From contig NC_067398.1 in NCBI RefSeq assembly GCF_016432865.1, forward strand, positions 621,054,001 through 621,118,000: a DNA stretch of 64,000 nucleotides. Direction: 5' to 3'. Origin of the DNA: Antechinus flavipes. Taxonomy: Eukaryota. Below the pieces are notes generated by a model. It had not been told where the DNA came from, did not search any database, and saw only the letters and a program-made list of their open reading frames with translations. Shown here piece after piece: positions 12,831 through 27,159 of the stretch. A program made the translations under genes and the position numbers. Positions within the stretch are counted from its first letter, which is position 1; each line of letters begins with the position of its first letter.

Positions 12831-13519
12831 TAGACATAGCTATCTGTTTCGAAACTTCATGCTTTCCATCTATAAAATGATATTAATATTTTCCCTGTAT
12901 AGGATTTGTTATAAAGAAGTAGGTTTGTTATAAAGAATAATGTTAATTTTTTTAATTAATATTACTAATGGTGATGGTGATAATGTCAAGTAGTGTCTAA
13001 TTAATAGTAGATATTGGGAATGATAACTGAGATATTGAGAAGTAGACCTGAAAGAATTATTTCTTTTTCTTTGTCCATTTCCCAAAGCAATGAGGACTGA
13101 CGTTCTAATCATTCTGCCCAGTCTAGCAGGGGCAAACATTAGACCATGATAGATTTTGAAGTGAACTTTCTATGTAGAAAGTGCCTTCATTCTAAGCTGA
13201 TTCTCCCTAAGGACTAAGGTGTCACAATCCAAGGTATATTCCAAAGTACTGGGGAAAATGTCCCCTGTTCTTACTACATCTTCAAAGTAAATACCTTTTT
13301 GTAAAAGCTTAATTGGTGTTACTTTGTTAAATAAATTTAGGGCAATAATCACTAGCAGTTAAAAGTGGAGGAAACACTAGTTTGGGGCTTTCAATAATAT
13401 GAAAGAAGCTCCTTAGTTTGCCTCAAAAGTCTCTTCCTATAATTTTTTCAGTTGTGACCAGTTCTTCATGAATCTTTTTGGGGTTGTCTTGGGAGAGATA
13501 CTGGAAGAGTTTGACATTT

Positions 13520-13660
13520 CCTTTTTTTAGCTCATTTTCTAGATGAGGAAACTGAGGCAAACAGGGTTAAGTGACTTGCCCAGGGTTTCACAGCTAGTAA
13601 ATATCTGAGACTAATTTTGAACTCAGGAAGGTGTTTTATTAACTTCAGGGTACCACTTAG
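13520..13660 (-). mobile_element. MAR1 SINE fragment
   Basis: agctcatttt...gatgaggaaactgaggcaaacagggttaagtgacttgcccaggg...gaactcaggaag. Confidence 0.8.
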
Positions 13661-13689
13661 TTGATCAGAGTTTTTACAGCTTTCAAAGT

Positions 13690-14370
13690 TTTATTATGTT
13701 ATTATTGTATAAATAGTTCCCCTGGCTCTTATTTCTTTCTTTTTCATTTTATATCTTTAAAATTATTTGGTTCTATGTTTATTTTATAATATAAATTGTT
13801 TTTTGGGTCTGCTTTCTTCACTTTGTATCACTTCATATAAGCTTTTTTATATATTTTTTAAATTATCTCTTTATTTCTTATGGCATAGTAATATTCCAAT
13901 ACATGAATTTACCACAGCTTATTCAGTCATTCTTCAACTTTTGGTCATCTCTTTTGTTTCCAGTTTGTTTGTTTGCATTTTGTCACCCCCCAAAAATCTG
14001 CTAAAAATATTTCTGTACATATAGGACTTTTGCCTATTTATTTAATCTCATTTGGGCATAGATCTACCAGTGACATGTACTGTTTAGTAACATTTTGTGT
14101 ATAGTTCCAAGTTGCTTTCCAGAATGGTTGTACCCATTCACACATCCAGCAAGAGTCATCAATTTATCTGTTTTCCCACAATTCTTCTAACATTTATTAT
14201 TTTCCTTTATTTGTCATATTTGCCAGTATGAGATGGAATCTCTGAATTGATTTAATGATTTTGGATGATTGTTTCACATGTCAAAAGAGATCTTGGGTTT
14301 CTTCTCAAGAGAACTCTGTAAATATTCTCAGATTATTTGTAAATTGTGGAATGGTTTTGTCATGTTTTTT
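13690..14370 (-). mobile_element. old L1 3' fragment (ORF2 C-terminus and 3' UTR)
   Basis: cttcactttgtatcacttcatataag...catagttccaagttgctttccagaatggttgtacc...gagatggaatctc antisense L1. Confidence 0.75.
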
Positions 14371-14689
14371 TTTTTATTTTTAGGATTCAGAGAGATAAAG
14401 CGATTTCCTAAGATCACACTAATTATTTGTAAAGTTTGGATCAGAACAATGGTCCCCAGAAACAAATCCTATGCTCTTTCTATTCTGACTTAAAAGATTT
14501 GGGTTTTTTTTTTTAATTTTGTTTTCTTTTTTTTTGTAATAAGTGACAGCAATAGTAAATATTAAGAATCATTGGGAGTCCCCAAAACTTTAGAATAAAT
14601 AATTATAAATACTATATTTTGTAGCTGCCAACCAAATGTCCAAGGGAAAGGATTTGAAAATTTTAATTGCTTGATTATTCATTTGTTTC

Positions 14690-14905
14690 ACTGGATGGGA
14701 TGCTACACTTGGAATCAGGAAGACGTTAGTTCAAATTCCATCTTTGATACTTAGCTGTACGACTAAGACTAGTTCAGCTTCAATTTCCTCATCTGTAAAA
14801 TGGGGATAATAATAGAACCCATCCCACAGGATTGTTGTGAGGACCAAAGACGTAATATATGTAAAAACCTTTGCAAACTTTAAAGCATTGTGGAAATGAT
14901 AGCTG
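14690..14905 (+). mobile_element. MIR SINE
   Basis: ggaatcaggaagac...tttcctcatctgtaaaatggggataataatag...gttgtgaggaccaaa. Confidence 0.8.
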
Positions 14906-15159
14906 TTGTTATTGTAGTTGTTATTAATTTTCCCATTTTCCAATCAAAGATCACTCCAGCTACCATTCTCCTAAACTTTATTGCTAGATCTGAGTCATAT
15001 CAAAACTTTAGTCTGGTTGAGGGACTGGCCAATCCTGCTAAGGACAAACTATCTTTCATGGTCTGTTTACTTCCTTTTTTTCTTCTCCATCCAATTCCTT
15101 TATAGTCCAGAACAAGTCAATTATCAGGAGCGTTTTGAAAATGTAATAATCCAAAATAC

Positions 15160-15188
<29 letters not shown>
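15160..15188. repeat. poly(A) tract (29 A)
   Basis: uninterrupted A run. Confidence 0.95.
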
Positions 15189-15190
<2 letters not shown>

Positions 15191-15529
15191 TTCCATAGGA
15201 TTTACTAGTCATAGCATTTTAAAAACATAAATTATATAATATTCCATGCCTCATGGGCATTCCTTCTAATTTCCTTAGTTGCTCAAACTCTTCCTTTGTG
15301 GTATCCTATTGACTAGAAATCTATACCAGAATGAATTAGTGATATTGAAGGTAATTAGGGATAATAATGGTAGTGATGGAAATGATAGTGGGGATAATGA
15401 GAATAATGGTGATGGTAATCATAATAATTATAAGATTGTGGTTTTGTATCTGGAAAAGAAAATGATAACAGTACTAGTGATAATGGTGAGGTTATAGTGG
15501 TTATGATAAGAATAACAGATCATGAGAGA

Positions 15530-16085
15530 CATTTTTTGTTGCTATTTTTGTCTGTCCTTCATTTTTTCAAGAGGATCATCAACATTGCAGGGTAATGTAT
15601 TGATTTCCACATGGTTCCATGTGGAATTGGAAATTCCATTCCAAATTGGATTTAAGTGAGACAAAAATGAACAAGATCATCAATCCCACTCTCTTTTCCT
15701 AAATCATTGAAGTCCACTGGCAAGACAAAAGCCAGGGGAACCAGGATGCAATGGATGACCTTGGTGTCTTCCTTCAATGTCTGACTAAGCTCTAAGCATT
15801 CCAGAGTTCCTATTTCAGCCACAGTCATGACTGTTGGAGCAAATTATTCTCATATTCCTATTCCATTGTAGAAAGTCTTCACAGGCTAGAGGCAGATATT
15901 CCCCTAACTCATCAACAGGTTGGAGTCCTGTCAGTTAACTTAGTTTAGCCTATCGGCCAAAATGGTTTACCAGGATGCAACTACTGCACGTGCTACAGCT
16001 TATTGGAACCATGGGTGAGAGTTGGGAAAATAGGTGGACACCAAAGGTGGAGGAACATCCCTGAAAAGGGCTCAGCAAAACCCTT
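15530..16085 (-). mobile_element. RTE-related element (RTE LINE fragment or RTE-mobilised SINE)
   Basis: Begins with the reverse RTE-type 3' end tttgtctgtccttcattttttcaagaggatc...; body gaattggatttaagtgag-like, gcaatggatgaccttggtgtc. Confidence 0.6.
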
Positions 16086-17329
16086 TTTAGTGCTCCTAAA
16101 TGCCCCATACACATATGATATGGAGGGGATGAAGATGGTTGTTATCATGATAATGTAAATGATGAGATGTTATGCATCTTCCAAATATGTAAGAAAATAT
16201 ATTTTTCATCTATTTATGTGTTTATATGATTTTTTTCTTCAATGAATATGACAACAAGCATCTTTTCCCCCTTAACATCCTCAGTGTCTAAGACAGTGAA
16301 TGACACATAGGATGCTGTTGATTGAATGAATGAAATAATATTTTGAAAAAAGAGGATAATACATTTTATTTGTATGAAGGACAAAGATAAAGGAGAAAGT
16401 AGAAAAATCTTGAAATGGGACACTGAAGACCTGGGTGACAATTTTGAACTGTCACTAACTTGCTGTGTTACTTGAGCAAATTGATTACCCGCTCTGAGAC
16501 TGATTTTTCTCTATAAAATGAGTGGGTTGGAATTGAAGTTCCTGCAGCTCCAACATTCTAGGTTTTTATAAAAGAAAAAGAGTAATAGAAGTATTATTCA
16601 GAACAATACTGAAAGGGAACATCAGAAAATCCAGACTGCCTTCATTTCAGTCCATCTGAAATCATGCAGAATTTCATTTCCCATTAGAGAGTTCACACAT
16701 TTGTCACTGACATATTAAAACTTCAAAAGAAACCACTTCATTGTCATTTCTGACTCTTAGACCAGCCATGCCCATGTTTTAAAAGAAATCAGGAGAGATC
16801 TAATTGGAACCAGACAAGAGAAGAAATGAATACCATGCAGTGACCCCAAAAGAAATGTACTTTCTGATCCTTTCTAAGTAAAGTTTTCATAGGAAATTGT
16901 ATTTTTCAAGGGAACTCTGAAGTTGTGCCTTCATAGTGCTATGAAATAAGCCATTTTTCAACCCTTTGGAGTTCTTGGGAATGTTAGACTATCTAATCTA
17001 ATTTGATCATGAAGGCAATTTTCAAAAACCATTTTACAGATTTATTGCCAGCAGATGCTTAGTCTAGTGAGAAGAGAAGCACATTCCTATAAAGAGGGGA
17101 GAAGGGTGTGCCCCAGGTAAATGTGGGTGGGTCCAAGGCACTTTTTGTGGGCAGAATAGAAGATTGTAGATTTAATGACTTTGGAAAGCTATTGGCAAGT
17201 CGAAACAAGGGTCACTCTCAGAAGATCAGATTTCACGAGTAGTTAAGAAGAGCTTAAGCTAATATAAGTATAATAGCTTACATTTATATTGTTCTTTGTG
17301 GCACTTTCCCCAAAATAACCCACTAAGGA

Positions 17330-17530
17330 ACAGAGCTAGAAAGTAGTATCAGGAGGGGTTCAGATTTAAATTACTCTCTCTGGTACTTAGGAACTGTATG
17401 AATCCAGACAAGTCAATTAATCCCTCTGAGCCTCAGTTTCCTCATCTATAAAATGGGGATAATGAGACTCGAATTGCCTCTCTTAGATTGTTGTCAGGAC
17501 TAAATAAGATATGGGATATGTAGGCTTTAA
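17330..17530 (+). mobile_element. MIR SINE
   Basis: ctctgagcctcagtttcctcatctataaaatggggataat. Confidence 0.7.
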
Positions 17531-19844
17531 ACTAACTTAAACTTATTGTTAAGTAGCAAGCAAAATCAGATCTGCTGAGTCTAATGGCAGATGTCTCCCC
17601 ATACTGACTATTCACAATTCCAAACTGAGGCTCTTTCCAGACTTTAGGACATCTATTTTAATGACATGTGCTCTATATTCTGGGTTCTGTGCCCATAGAG
17701 TTTGAGGAATGATCTCTGAAAGTGACAACCTCAAAATTTAACATGGAATGGGTTCCTCAAGGATGACATGCATTGTGGGACTGACTGAGGTCATGATGTT
17801 GATTTGTAGGAAAGGGTTATAAAGAAATCAGAAGACCACTAAGTCTCATATCCTCCACCAAAACAGAAAGTAAAGTCTGTTCTTGTGTCATCCCATCCCT
17901 ACATGTTAACTTTTCTTTGAGTTTCCTCCCTGCTTCTCTGTTATGTTCCCCTATAGCTATGTAAAGAAAGCTCCCATCTAGAGTTCTTTACAGAAGATGT
18001 CATTAAGACTGCGGGAAGGATCATCCAAACAAACTTAGCCAATGTTCCCTTTTTATGAATAGGGAAATTGAAGCTCAGACAGTTTAATTTGCCCAAAGTT
18101 TCCTCATAGTAAGGATTTAAATCCAGGCTTTGAGGTGTTTATTGTATTTTAGATCTTGTATTCTTATCACTGTATCAAACTGCCTGACTACTTCATGGAA
18201 TGACCCATTCTTTGGTTCTCTTATTCAACTCTATCTTTATCAAATCTTACCTTTAGCCTCAGTCTCAAATGTCCTCTCCTGCCCCATCCCTATCCCCTAC
18301 CCCTGCTATTAATTGTTATGAGAAACTAATTTACACAGGGTGCTGATGGCTGATAATGACTGGTTAATACAATCTATCTATTAGATTTTTTAACTGTATC
18401 CAAAAAGACACAGGTTTAAACCAAAAGAATGAAATCAATGCTAAAAATTTAAGGCACTGGTCATACTCAATAAATTTAAAGTATTTCACTGTTGGAAAGG
18501 ACTTTGATAATCCTTCTCTTCTAATCTTGTTAATTCTGTGCATAGACAATCAGATTTGTCTCTTTAAGCCAATTATTATTTTACAGATGGGGAACTAATA
18601 TACAAGGCCACATGATAAGGCAGTGATAGGATCAAGATTAGAAATCAGATTTCCTGACTTCTCAGCCTAGTGACCTTTCTATCCCATCACCCTATTCTAA
18701 AGAAGGGGAGATTTCAAGTCAAGTCCCTCAAGTTACATCATCTATCCAGTCCAAATGTTTTTTCCCCTCAAATTCTGCTCTCCCAAATCCAGAGAGTTTC
18801 ATTTTGAGCGGAGTATTATCAGTATACATATAACAGGTCACCCAAGGCAATAATTCAGATGGAGAAGGAAGGAGTGGTGAAAATGCAATTTAAATAGAAG
18901 TGCAAATGGTGTAATATTCTTCTCCCATTTCAACTTCTCAGTTCCCCTCAATGCCTTTTGACTTCCCAGGATGGTAAATCTTCTGGTACCAGCATTGCTT
19001 TTAATATACTCATACATATAAAATTTCAAATCCAGTGAGGTTTGGCAGGTTTGGAAGGTGCTAAAGGATCAGTTACTCATTGAGTTTCACTTATTATTCT
19101 TTTAAAAGATCTTTTTTAATTGGTTTCATGTAAGATGGTAGAAAGACCATGGTTAACAGGTTGCGGGTAAATAATAATTACATTCCCAAACTCTGACTGG
19201 TCAGGAAGTTGGATGCCTTTTACACTGGCTCAGGCAAGTTTGAAAATAGAAAGAAGTCCTGCTTACGTGGTTCTCAGGCCCAGAAAAAAAAATGCTTAGA
19301 CATAAGCAGGCCTGATTCCAAAAATTAGTTTGAACAGCTGGTTGAAAGTAGTCCTCTCCTTACTGGGGTACAATCCAAGTTGGACTCAGTCACCAACTCT
19401 GCTCCATTCCTTTGAGTTAGGTTGTAACACCACCTAGATTTTTGTCAATTCACTCAACAAGAATATTTTGAGTGTAATGATAATAGAATTATGATAGTAG
19501 ATATTCTATCATAATAGCAAAATTAATGATAATAGAATGTGTAATGATAATGGAACTGAAGAGTGGAAAGTGCCCTTAGAAAGTATCTAGTCTTTCTCCC
19601 TGAAAGAAATAAAAAAAGCCAATGTCTAAGTTGAGGTGATTTGTCCCTTGTCATATGACTGATCAGAGGCTCAACTAAAACTCCCAGAATGGACCGATTC
19701 TTCAACCATATTGCACTGTGGATACAGTTATGAATGGTGCGGTTTTCCTGACTTTCAAGGAGTTCAAATTTAGTTGAGGAGAGAAATCATCTATACCAAT
19801 AACAAAAGGCAAAATAAAATATTATATGTAGGTATAGACAATGA

Positions 19845-20100
19845 ACAGCTAGGTGGAATGACAGATAAAAGACAAGACCTGAAGTCAGGGAGATCTTAGA
19901 ATCTGGCTTCAATAACTTTCTAGCTGGGTGACACTGGACACATTGCTTAATCTCTGTTTGGCCATTGTTCTCATCTATAAAATGGGAATAATATTAATAA
20001 CAACCTCACAGTGTTGTTATGAAGATCAAACAACAATTGCAAACCACTAAGCACAGTGCTTGGCACATAATAAGTGCTTTATAATTAACTATTATTATTA
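19845..20100 (+). mobile_element. MIR/MAR-type SINE
   Basis: cagctaggtggaat...ctgaagtcagggagatct...tcatctataaaatgggaata...cacagtgcttggcacataa. Confidence 0.75.
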
Positions 20101-20219
20101 GGATTGCAAAGGATAATATATAACAATATTATAATAATAAAATATAAATATAATAATTGCATTATAATAAATATATAATAACAAAATAAGGCTAAATATG
20201 ATATGATATAAATAATAAT

Positions 20220-20420
20220 AAAAATGATAGCATTTTAATGCTTTCAGATCTACAAAGCACTTTACAAAATATCTTTATCTCTTTTGTTTCTTTCAACAAA
20301 TTTGGAAATCTTCATTTTTACAAATGAGGAAACTAAAGTTCTCAACTTTTATTAACTTGCCCAGGATCACATAGCTGGTGTCTGAGGAAAAATTACTTTG
20401 AACTGAGATGAAGAGAAAAG
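20220..20420 (-). mobile_element. MIR SINE
   Basis: aaagcactttacaaa...ttttacaaatgaggaaact...ttgcccaggatcacatagctggtgtctgagg. Confidence 0.7.
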
Positions 20421-21204
20421 GTTTTCTGTATTAGATGTGGTTAAATTGGGCCTTGAAGAGTAGCCTGCTACTTGAACCTTTTTCCCACAATTACCTTTCC
20501 CAACAGGCTCATCCACAGAGTTAAAATCCATTGAGGGTAAAGAACCTCCCAATTCTAACCTTTCATCCTTGTAATTATAAAGTACATATATGTCTCCCCA
20601 CTGTCTCTCCTCCCAAATTAAGATAAAAGTTTATCAACTGATGACATCAAGTACTATATGCTTGGACAACCTCCCTAAATTCACAGAATCCTATGTAGAG
20701 TCAGAACCAAAGAACAATAATGATAATGATGAATTTACACCCACACTTTAAAGTTTACATGGAGGCAAGGTAGCATTCAGGAAGAAGTGGTTCTGAGGCT
20801 GACCTTTGATACCTACTAATTGTGATTTGGGGCAGGTCTTCTCCAGACTTCCACCTCCTTAAGAGTAGTTTTCCCACTCTGGAGATGACTCTACCATCAT
20901 GAAGTTAGCCCTGCTGATTAGTGAGTCCCAAGCCTGAGCCATGTTTCATGAGGAATCCAAGCATTGCTCACTTCACTGCCAGCTGAATTCTTCTGGATTT
21001 TCTCTCCATCTCCTCAACAGCACCCTTCCTTTTTCAATGCTTTTTACACATGGTATTCCCCCATTAGAATATAAGCTCCTTGAAAATAATTATTACTTTT
21101 TAAAATATATATGCCCTAAGATTAACACAGTTCCTGGCAAATAGTAAGCTTTAACAAATGCTTTATCTAACACCCTAATTTAACTCTTGGTGCCCTGAAG
21201 TTAT

Positions 21205-21345
21205 TCTTTTTTTCTTTTTTCTTTTTTTTGCTGAGACAATTGGGGTCGAGTGACTTGCCCAGAGTCACACAACTAGGAGTATCAAGTGTCTGAGATCAGA
21301 TTTGAATTCAGGTCCTCCTGACTTCAGGAATGATGCTCTATCCAG
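21205..21345 (-). mobile_element. WSINE1-type SINE (5'-truncated)
   Basis: T-tail then ttttgctgagacaattggggtcgagtgacttgcccagagtcacacaactaggagtatcaagtgtctgag...ggtcctcctgacttcagg. Confidence 0.8.
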
Positions 21346-21721
21346 AGATTATTTTTTCAAGACAGGAAGGGATTGATCTGCATTGGTTCTCTACCAAGAG
21401 AACCAGCTTTGTGGTTTTAAATAATAGAATCTACAGCATTTGTATTTCAAGAACCATGAAAAAAAGGCAGCTCATGTATTCCCAGCCCATTTTACAAAGG
21501 ATGAACCAGAGATCACATGAGCTATGTTAATGAGCACACTGCTAATAAAAGGAAGAGCTAGAATCCAAACCCAGAGATTCTGGAGCCAATACCAGTGTTC
21601 TTTTCAGTGCATTAGGAGCAGAACTAGGAAAATTAGAATAAGAGCTTTTTCCATAGGCACTCACCTGTCATGCCTTTTCTGAAAGCCATGGTTAAGAGCA
21701 AAGGAAAAAAGCACATTTTTT

Positions 21722-21900
21722 ATGTAGTAGAGTGCCAAACCTGGAGTCAGGAAGACTGGAGTTCAAATTAGCTGTGTGACCCTGAGGAAATCACTTAACC
21801 CTATTTGCCTCAGTTTCCTCAATTATAAAATGGTTGGAGAAGGAAATGAAAAATGACTCCAAGATGTTTTCTGAGAAAACTCCAAATGGGATCATGAACT
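21722..21900 (+). mobile_element. MAR1 SINE
   Basis: ctggagtcaggaagactggagttcaaa...cacttaaccctatttgcctcagtttcctc...tggagaaggaaatg...aactccaaatggg. Confidence 0.8.
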
Positions 21901-24869
21901 GTATCCAATGAGGCATCTAGCTATTCAATTCATCCTCCATTAAAAGTGGAGGAACTATGAGACTAAACAAACACAAAAGGTTTAATTCCTAGAACTCCTG
22001 GGTTCAGATCAATTCCAAGTCTGAAAATTATGGCATGGAGAGACATTCAGTAGATATGGTTTATATTGTATATTATTAGTATAGGCTGCTGATTTGCTAA
22101 CCAGTTCTAAGCTAAGAGTAAATGGTGCATGCATTTTCTGAGTTTGTGTGACTCCTTCTATGGAGAATCACCTGAATAGTTTTCATTGAAATACAACAGG
22201 TAAATGAAAGGAAGTAAGGTTTCAAGGGTGGAGAGGAAGACTGAAGGATGGCAGAGATAATTTCTAATTGGGTCAACCCAGAAATTCACAGCAATGACAA
22301 GTTGCCAGAACCCTAGAGAGAGAGGCAGAGTTCAGAGACAAAGAAGTAAAGACTCTCTAGTGAGCATGGAGGGCATAATAACACTTTTGCCCAGTGGGAC
22401 AAGCATAAACTGATAAGTTAACTTCATGCTCTCTAGATAATGACTAACAGCATCACTTTCCTCTCCAGGCTCTGCCTCTGACTCTATGAACTTCACTCCC
22501 ATTTCTCATCTGCCTTTTCTTTCAAGAAATTTCCTTAGTCCCTGGGACCTTCTCAATATTATTCCACATTTTTAGCCCTCTCTCCCATTAGTCAGTTTCT
22601 TCTAGAACTCCATTTTAACAAGGGACCTGGACCAATCATGCTTTATTCCCCTCTGGTATCTGTTTTTACTCTAAATTTCCTCATTTGTCTAAATGGGGAG
22701 AAGGTTCCCACCTTTTTTTTGGTCTTCCCTCATTAAAATATAACTTCCTCTCTTAACCCCAATTGCCTCAGAAAAAAGAATATAACTTTCTTGGGGTCAG
22801 GGAATACTTTTTTTTGCTTTTATTTGTATCCCCAAGGCTTAACATAGAGCTTGGAACATAGTAGGTGCTTAATAAGTTTATTGACTTGATTATATCTACA
22901 TTATGCTCTAAGCTCCAGAGGACTTAGAATAACTAGGAGCTATGATTCTCTAATTCATAATAAAATGATATGTAAAACCTAAAATATTACTACCTCTTGG
23001 ATTATTTTCATTTTTGGATCCACCATATTGATGGTCAAAACCATATGACCATAGTAATGAAAATATCCTGGAAGAGTTCCAAATATAATTTCAGGCAGAT
23101 AAGGTATAAGATAGGGACAGACTAGAATGAGATAGAACCTTCTTGAGCCCTTCTCAAATCAAGTCAAGTGGGCTGCCATCTATACTGTCTATGCAATGCT
23201 ACAGTGTAAAAGAGAGCTGGGATTAATCCAATAGTCCAAGTCTCATACTACCTTATGACCTTGGACTTGTTTCCTCTTCTGTGACATGAGATGGTTGAGT
23301 TGATTTGACGCTCTCTGAGATCCCTTTCAACTATTAGAATAACTTAGTGCAGTGAAGAAGGTGAAAAGAAAGACATCAGAGAATGAAGAAACATGGGTGA
23401 CTTACTGGGCAAAGATGACTGATTCCCTTGGAACGATTATGTGGAGGATCAGACACCCCAGGCTATGTGGTTGCTGAGTAACAAACAGCTCCCCACCTTC
23501 TTGAGGTATGAGACTCCCTACTCTAGCCATGTGGTTGTTACACAACAGCTGGCTGGGTCTGCCAAGGTGACTCCCTCTACAGAAAGCCTGCTGCTTTTCC
23601 CCTGGAGCAGGATCCTCCAGGGAATTGCAGCTTCTCTGTGAATCTTCTTTCTGGAAACCTTCAGGGAAGGAGACTGCACCTGCTCAGCATCCACCAAGGT
23701 TAGATACTGACCCTAATAGTAAATGAATGGTGGCAGACTGGTGGGTTTATTCCCTTACACAAGTGACAGTGCTTGATCATCATTTCAGGAGCTAAATATC
23801 AGTTTCCAGCCCATCAATAATGCTATGATGAGCTGCTAGGACTTGCTATTTTTCCCCCTTCAAATAATTCACTGAAATTAAGCTCCATGACTGATGAGTC
23901 ATAGAATTATAGAATGACAGAACTGGTAAGGAACCTAGGAGTTCAGAAAATCAAAGATTTAGAGCTCCAAGGGATCTCAGGGGTTGTCTAATTCAAATCC
24001 TCATTTTTACAGATGAGTTTAACCATTTCTAAAGATCAAATCTATCCTCCCAAAAGAAAAGACTCTGTCATTATAACATAAATTCTATAAAATGAGGGAC
24101 TTTGGTTTTGATTCTTGCACTTTTGTATCACTGGAACACAGAAAGCATTTTCTAAATGTGGTAGGGGGTATTTTGTTTTGTTTTGTTTTTTCTAACAGAA
24201 TAAAGCTAGACCAACATTGGTAATTTTTTGAAAATATGTTGAATTCCAAAAAAGAAACTTATCAAAGAAAGCACAGATCCTATCTCTGTCATTTACTAAA
24301 TGTTATGTCAGTTTCCTCATCTGTAAAATGAGAAGGTTGTACTTCATGATTTCCAAGGTCCTTTCCAGCTCAAAATCTGTGAACTGTGAAAAATACATTT
24401 TACTCATTCATTCTACTATTAGCATCATTGAGTAAAGTCTGCAACTCCTAAAGTCATTCTACACTCCCATAAACCACCGCCCCTCTTCCCCTTTACAATT
24501 AGTATATTATGAAGCAATTACTAGTACACTTGAAAGAGTTAAAGTAGCTTTAAGACGGTCTTGTCCTAAAGATTGAGATTAGTTTAAGCCTTGAGACAAT
24601 TTGGATAGTTAGATAATTCTAAAATGACTAGCAACTGGTTTAGGTACTATGTCAGACTGCTTAATGGAGGTTCTGTGTCAAAAGTCTCAGAGAAAAAGAG
24701 AGGAAATTCATTCAGCACTGTCAGAAATGCAGCTTGAGGCTGAATCTGGAACACAATTTTATCAGGCTTAGTACACAGCATCTTAATTGTAAAAAGCAGC
24801 AAAAGCCACAATCTCAGACAAGTATAACTACCAGGGAACAGTAGTTATAGTTAGCCAGCATGGATTAAA

Positions 24870-25080
24870 CACTTACTATGTACAACCCTCTTTTGAGTCT
24901 TTCCAATTTATTTTGTATGAAGCTTATTTGTACATAATTATCTGCCTATTGTCTTCCCCTCCATAATATTGTGAACTCCTTGAGAGAAGGAGCTGTCTTT
25001 TACCTTTCTTTTCATCACCAGCACTTAGTAGAGTACCTGGGACATAGTAATTATTCAATAAATATTTATTGACTAACCAG
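24870..25080 (+). mobile_element. L2 3' tail
   Basis: tgtgaactccttgagag...gcacttagtagagtacctgggacatagtaa...aataaatatttattgact. Confidence 0.7.
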
Positions 25081-27159
25081 GGACTGTGCTAATAAATGAG
25101 TATATAAAGAACATAAAACAAAATAAAATAATTTAGACATAGAGAAAAACCCAGAAACTCCAGTTCAAAGAATTCCACGGCTAATTTCTTTTCTTCATCT
25201 ATATTCTCATTTTATACACTCTTAGATTGACAGTTTATAGACCAATACAATCAGTGGTACACCAGCCCTGTTCCCTCTGTTTGAATTTGTTAAATACCTT
25301 GGCTCAGTGTTGCCTCCTATGGAAGTACTGGTACTAGAAATTCCAGCTTGATGCAGATATTCCCCATAGCCCTGGGATGTGATAGAGCCAAACTCAGAGA
25401 ATCTCCAACATCAGAACAGAACCTACTGTGTACCTTCTACCACCTCTGCACTCCATGCTATCCTCTTCCTCTACTTCATTAACATTCAGTGGTTTGGAAT
25501 GGCAGCCCAGAGGTTAGAAATCAGAGTCCAGCTTTTAAATCTCCCTGTCTTTTTTTAGACTACCTCTTCCTTGTCTATGGAATGATGGCAAAAACAAACA
25601 GTAATTTCTACTGTAAAATAATTTGGTTGCTCACAAATAAAACTGATAAAGCTTCAGAAAAGAAAGGTCTATTTTATAATCACTTCACACCAATTAATTA
25701 TGGTTTATGGGTTATATAACAGATACCACTTATTCCTATTGTATAATATTGCCCAACACAACCTAACAATGATGGCTGAAATGCTTTTGCATAGTTTAGA
25801 AAGTTGGACTTTTATAAAAGAAGTCCTGATTTTGTGAATAAGAAATCCATCTTTTCTTACAGCCAAAGGGGGAAAATCCTTTTGAATGTCCAAAGGAATC
25901 AGACTGGATGGTAAATCTGGATGAACTGGTATAGAAGAATGAATATTGATCTTGACATCATGATATTTCATTGTAAATCCTGACTCTAGAATTTCTTACC
26001 TGTATAATGTTGATCAAGGTGTTTAACTTCTCTGGACCTATGTTTCCTCAACCCAAAAAAGAGGGAATTAGACTAGATGATTTTTAGGGACCCTTCTAAT
26101 TTTTCAATCTATGATCTTAGTTAGACATAACCTAGTTAGACCATAGACTAAGTCAGATATAACACATCACTCCTCTACTTCACTAATATTTAATAGTCTA
26201 GAGTAACAGCCCAGAGATTAGAAATGTGGATAAATTATATCAGGTTCCTCCAAATCTCAGGCTCTGATTCTATGATATGACAGTTATATATTTAAGCATA
26301 CATGACACGGGTATATGGTTTAGAGTTGGAAAGGATTTGAGTGGCCATCCAGGCCAAAACTTTCAGATAAGACAAATAACACTAAAAGAAATTAAGTGAT
26401 TTACCCAAGATAAGAAGGATGCACCAAAGGTGGGATTAAAACACAGATTCTCTGACTCTGGTGCCAATTGGACTTTCCTACTTTCTGGTACTAATGCATT
26501 TACATGTACTACTTGGTGGTTCTCTATGGTTCAGAAAAAAGTAGAAAAACTAAATATTTGTTGATATCTGCTACAAAAAGAGCACTAGATTTCGGGAATG
26601 AATTGTTCCTCTCTCTCCACAGAGTTTATAATCTAGTTGATGAGGTGTCTAACAGTATAAAATAGAGTATAGTAAGTACCAGTTGGCTCATGCTGCAACT
26701 AAGAAGTAAGCTTTCAGAGGTCTCCCATAGACATTCAAGACAAATCAAACAACAATATGATTTTAGGAATTAGCATAGTTGGCCAGGGTAGGCAGGAACA
26801 AACGCAGCCATCCATAGTCAATACAAATAACTAACTCATTTTAAGTTCTATATCTTTAATCAGAGCCTCAACAAGAAGCAAGAATGTACTAAACATGCTT
26901 CAGTAAGAGTGCTAATGAGCAGCAGTCAGTGCTCAAAACAAGAGACAGCAAGAAGTAATATAAAGTGTGAAGAAACTGTGAAGAAAGATAATTTGAAGTC
27001 CTAGGATAAATTTCAAGTGGCTCTGAATAAATCCAAGATCACTCAATTCCAGCGAACTCACAAATAAGCATTTATTAAGCAACTATTATGTGTCAGGACA
27101 TTTTGTTAAATGGTGGATTGCTAAGCCTTTATTTAGCTATAAAATTATAGGCTCTTTAA

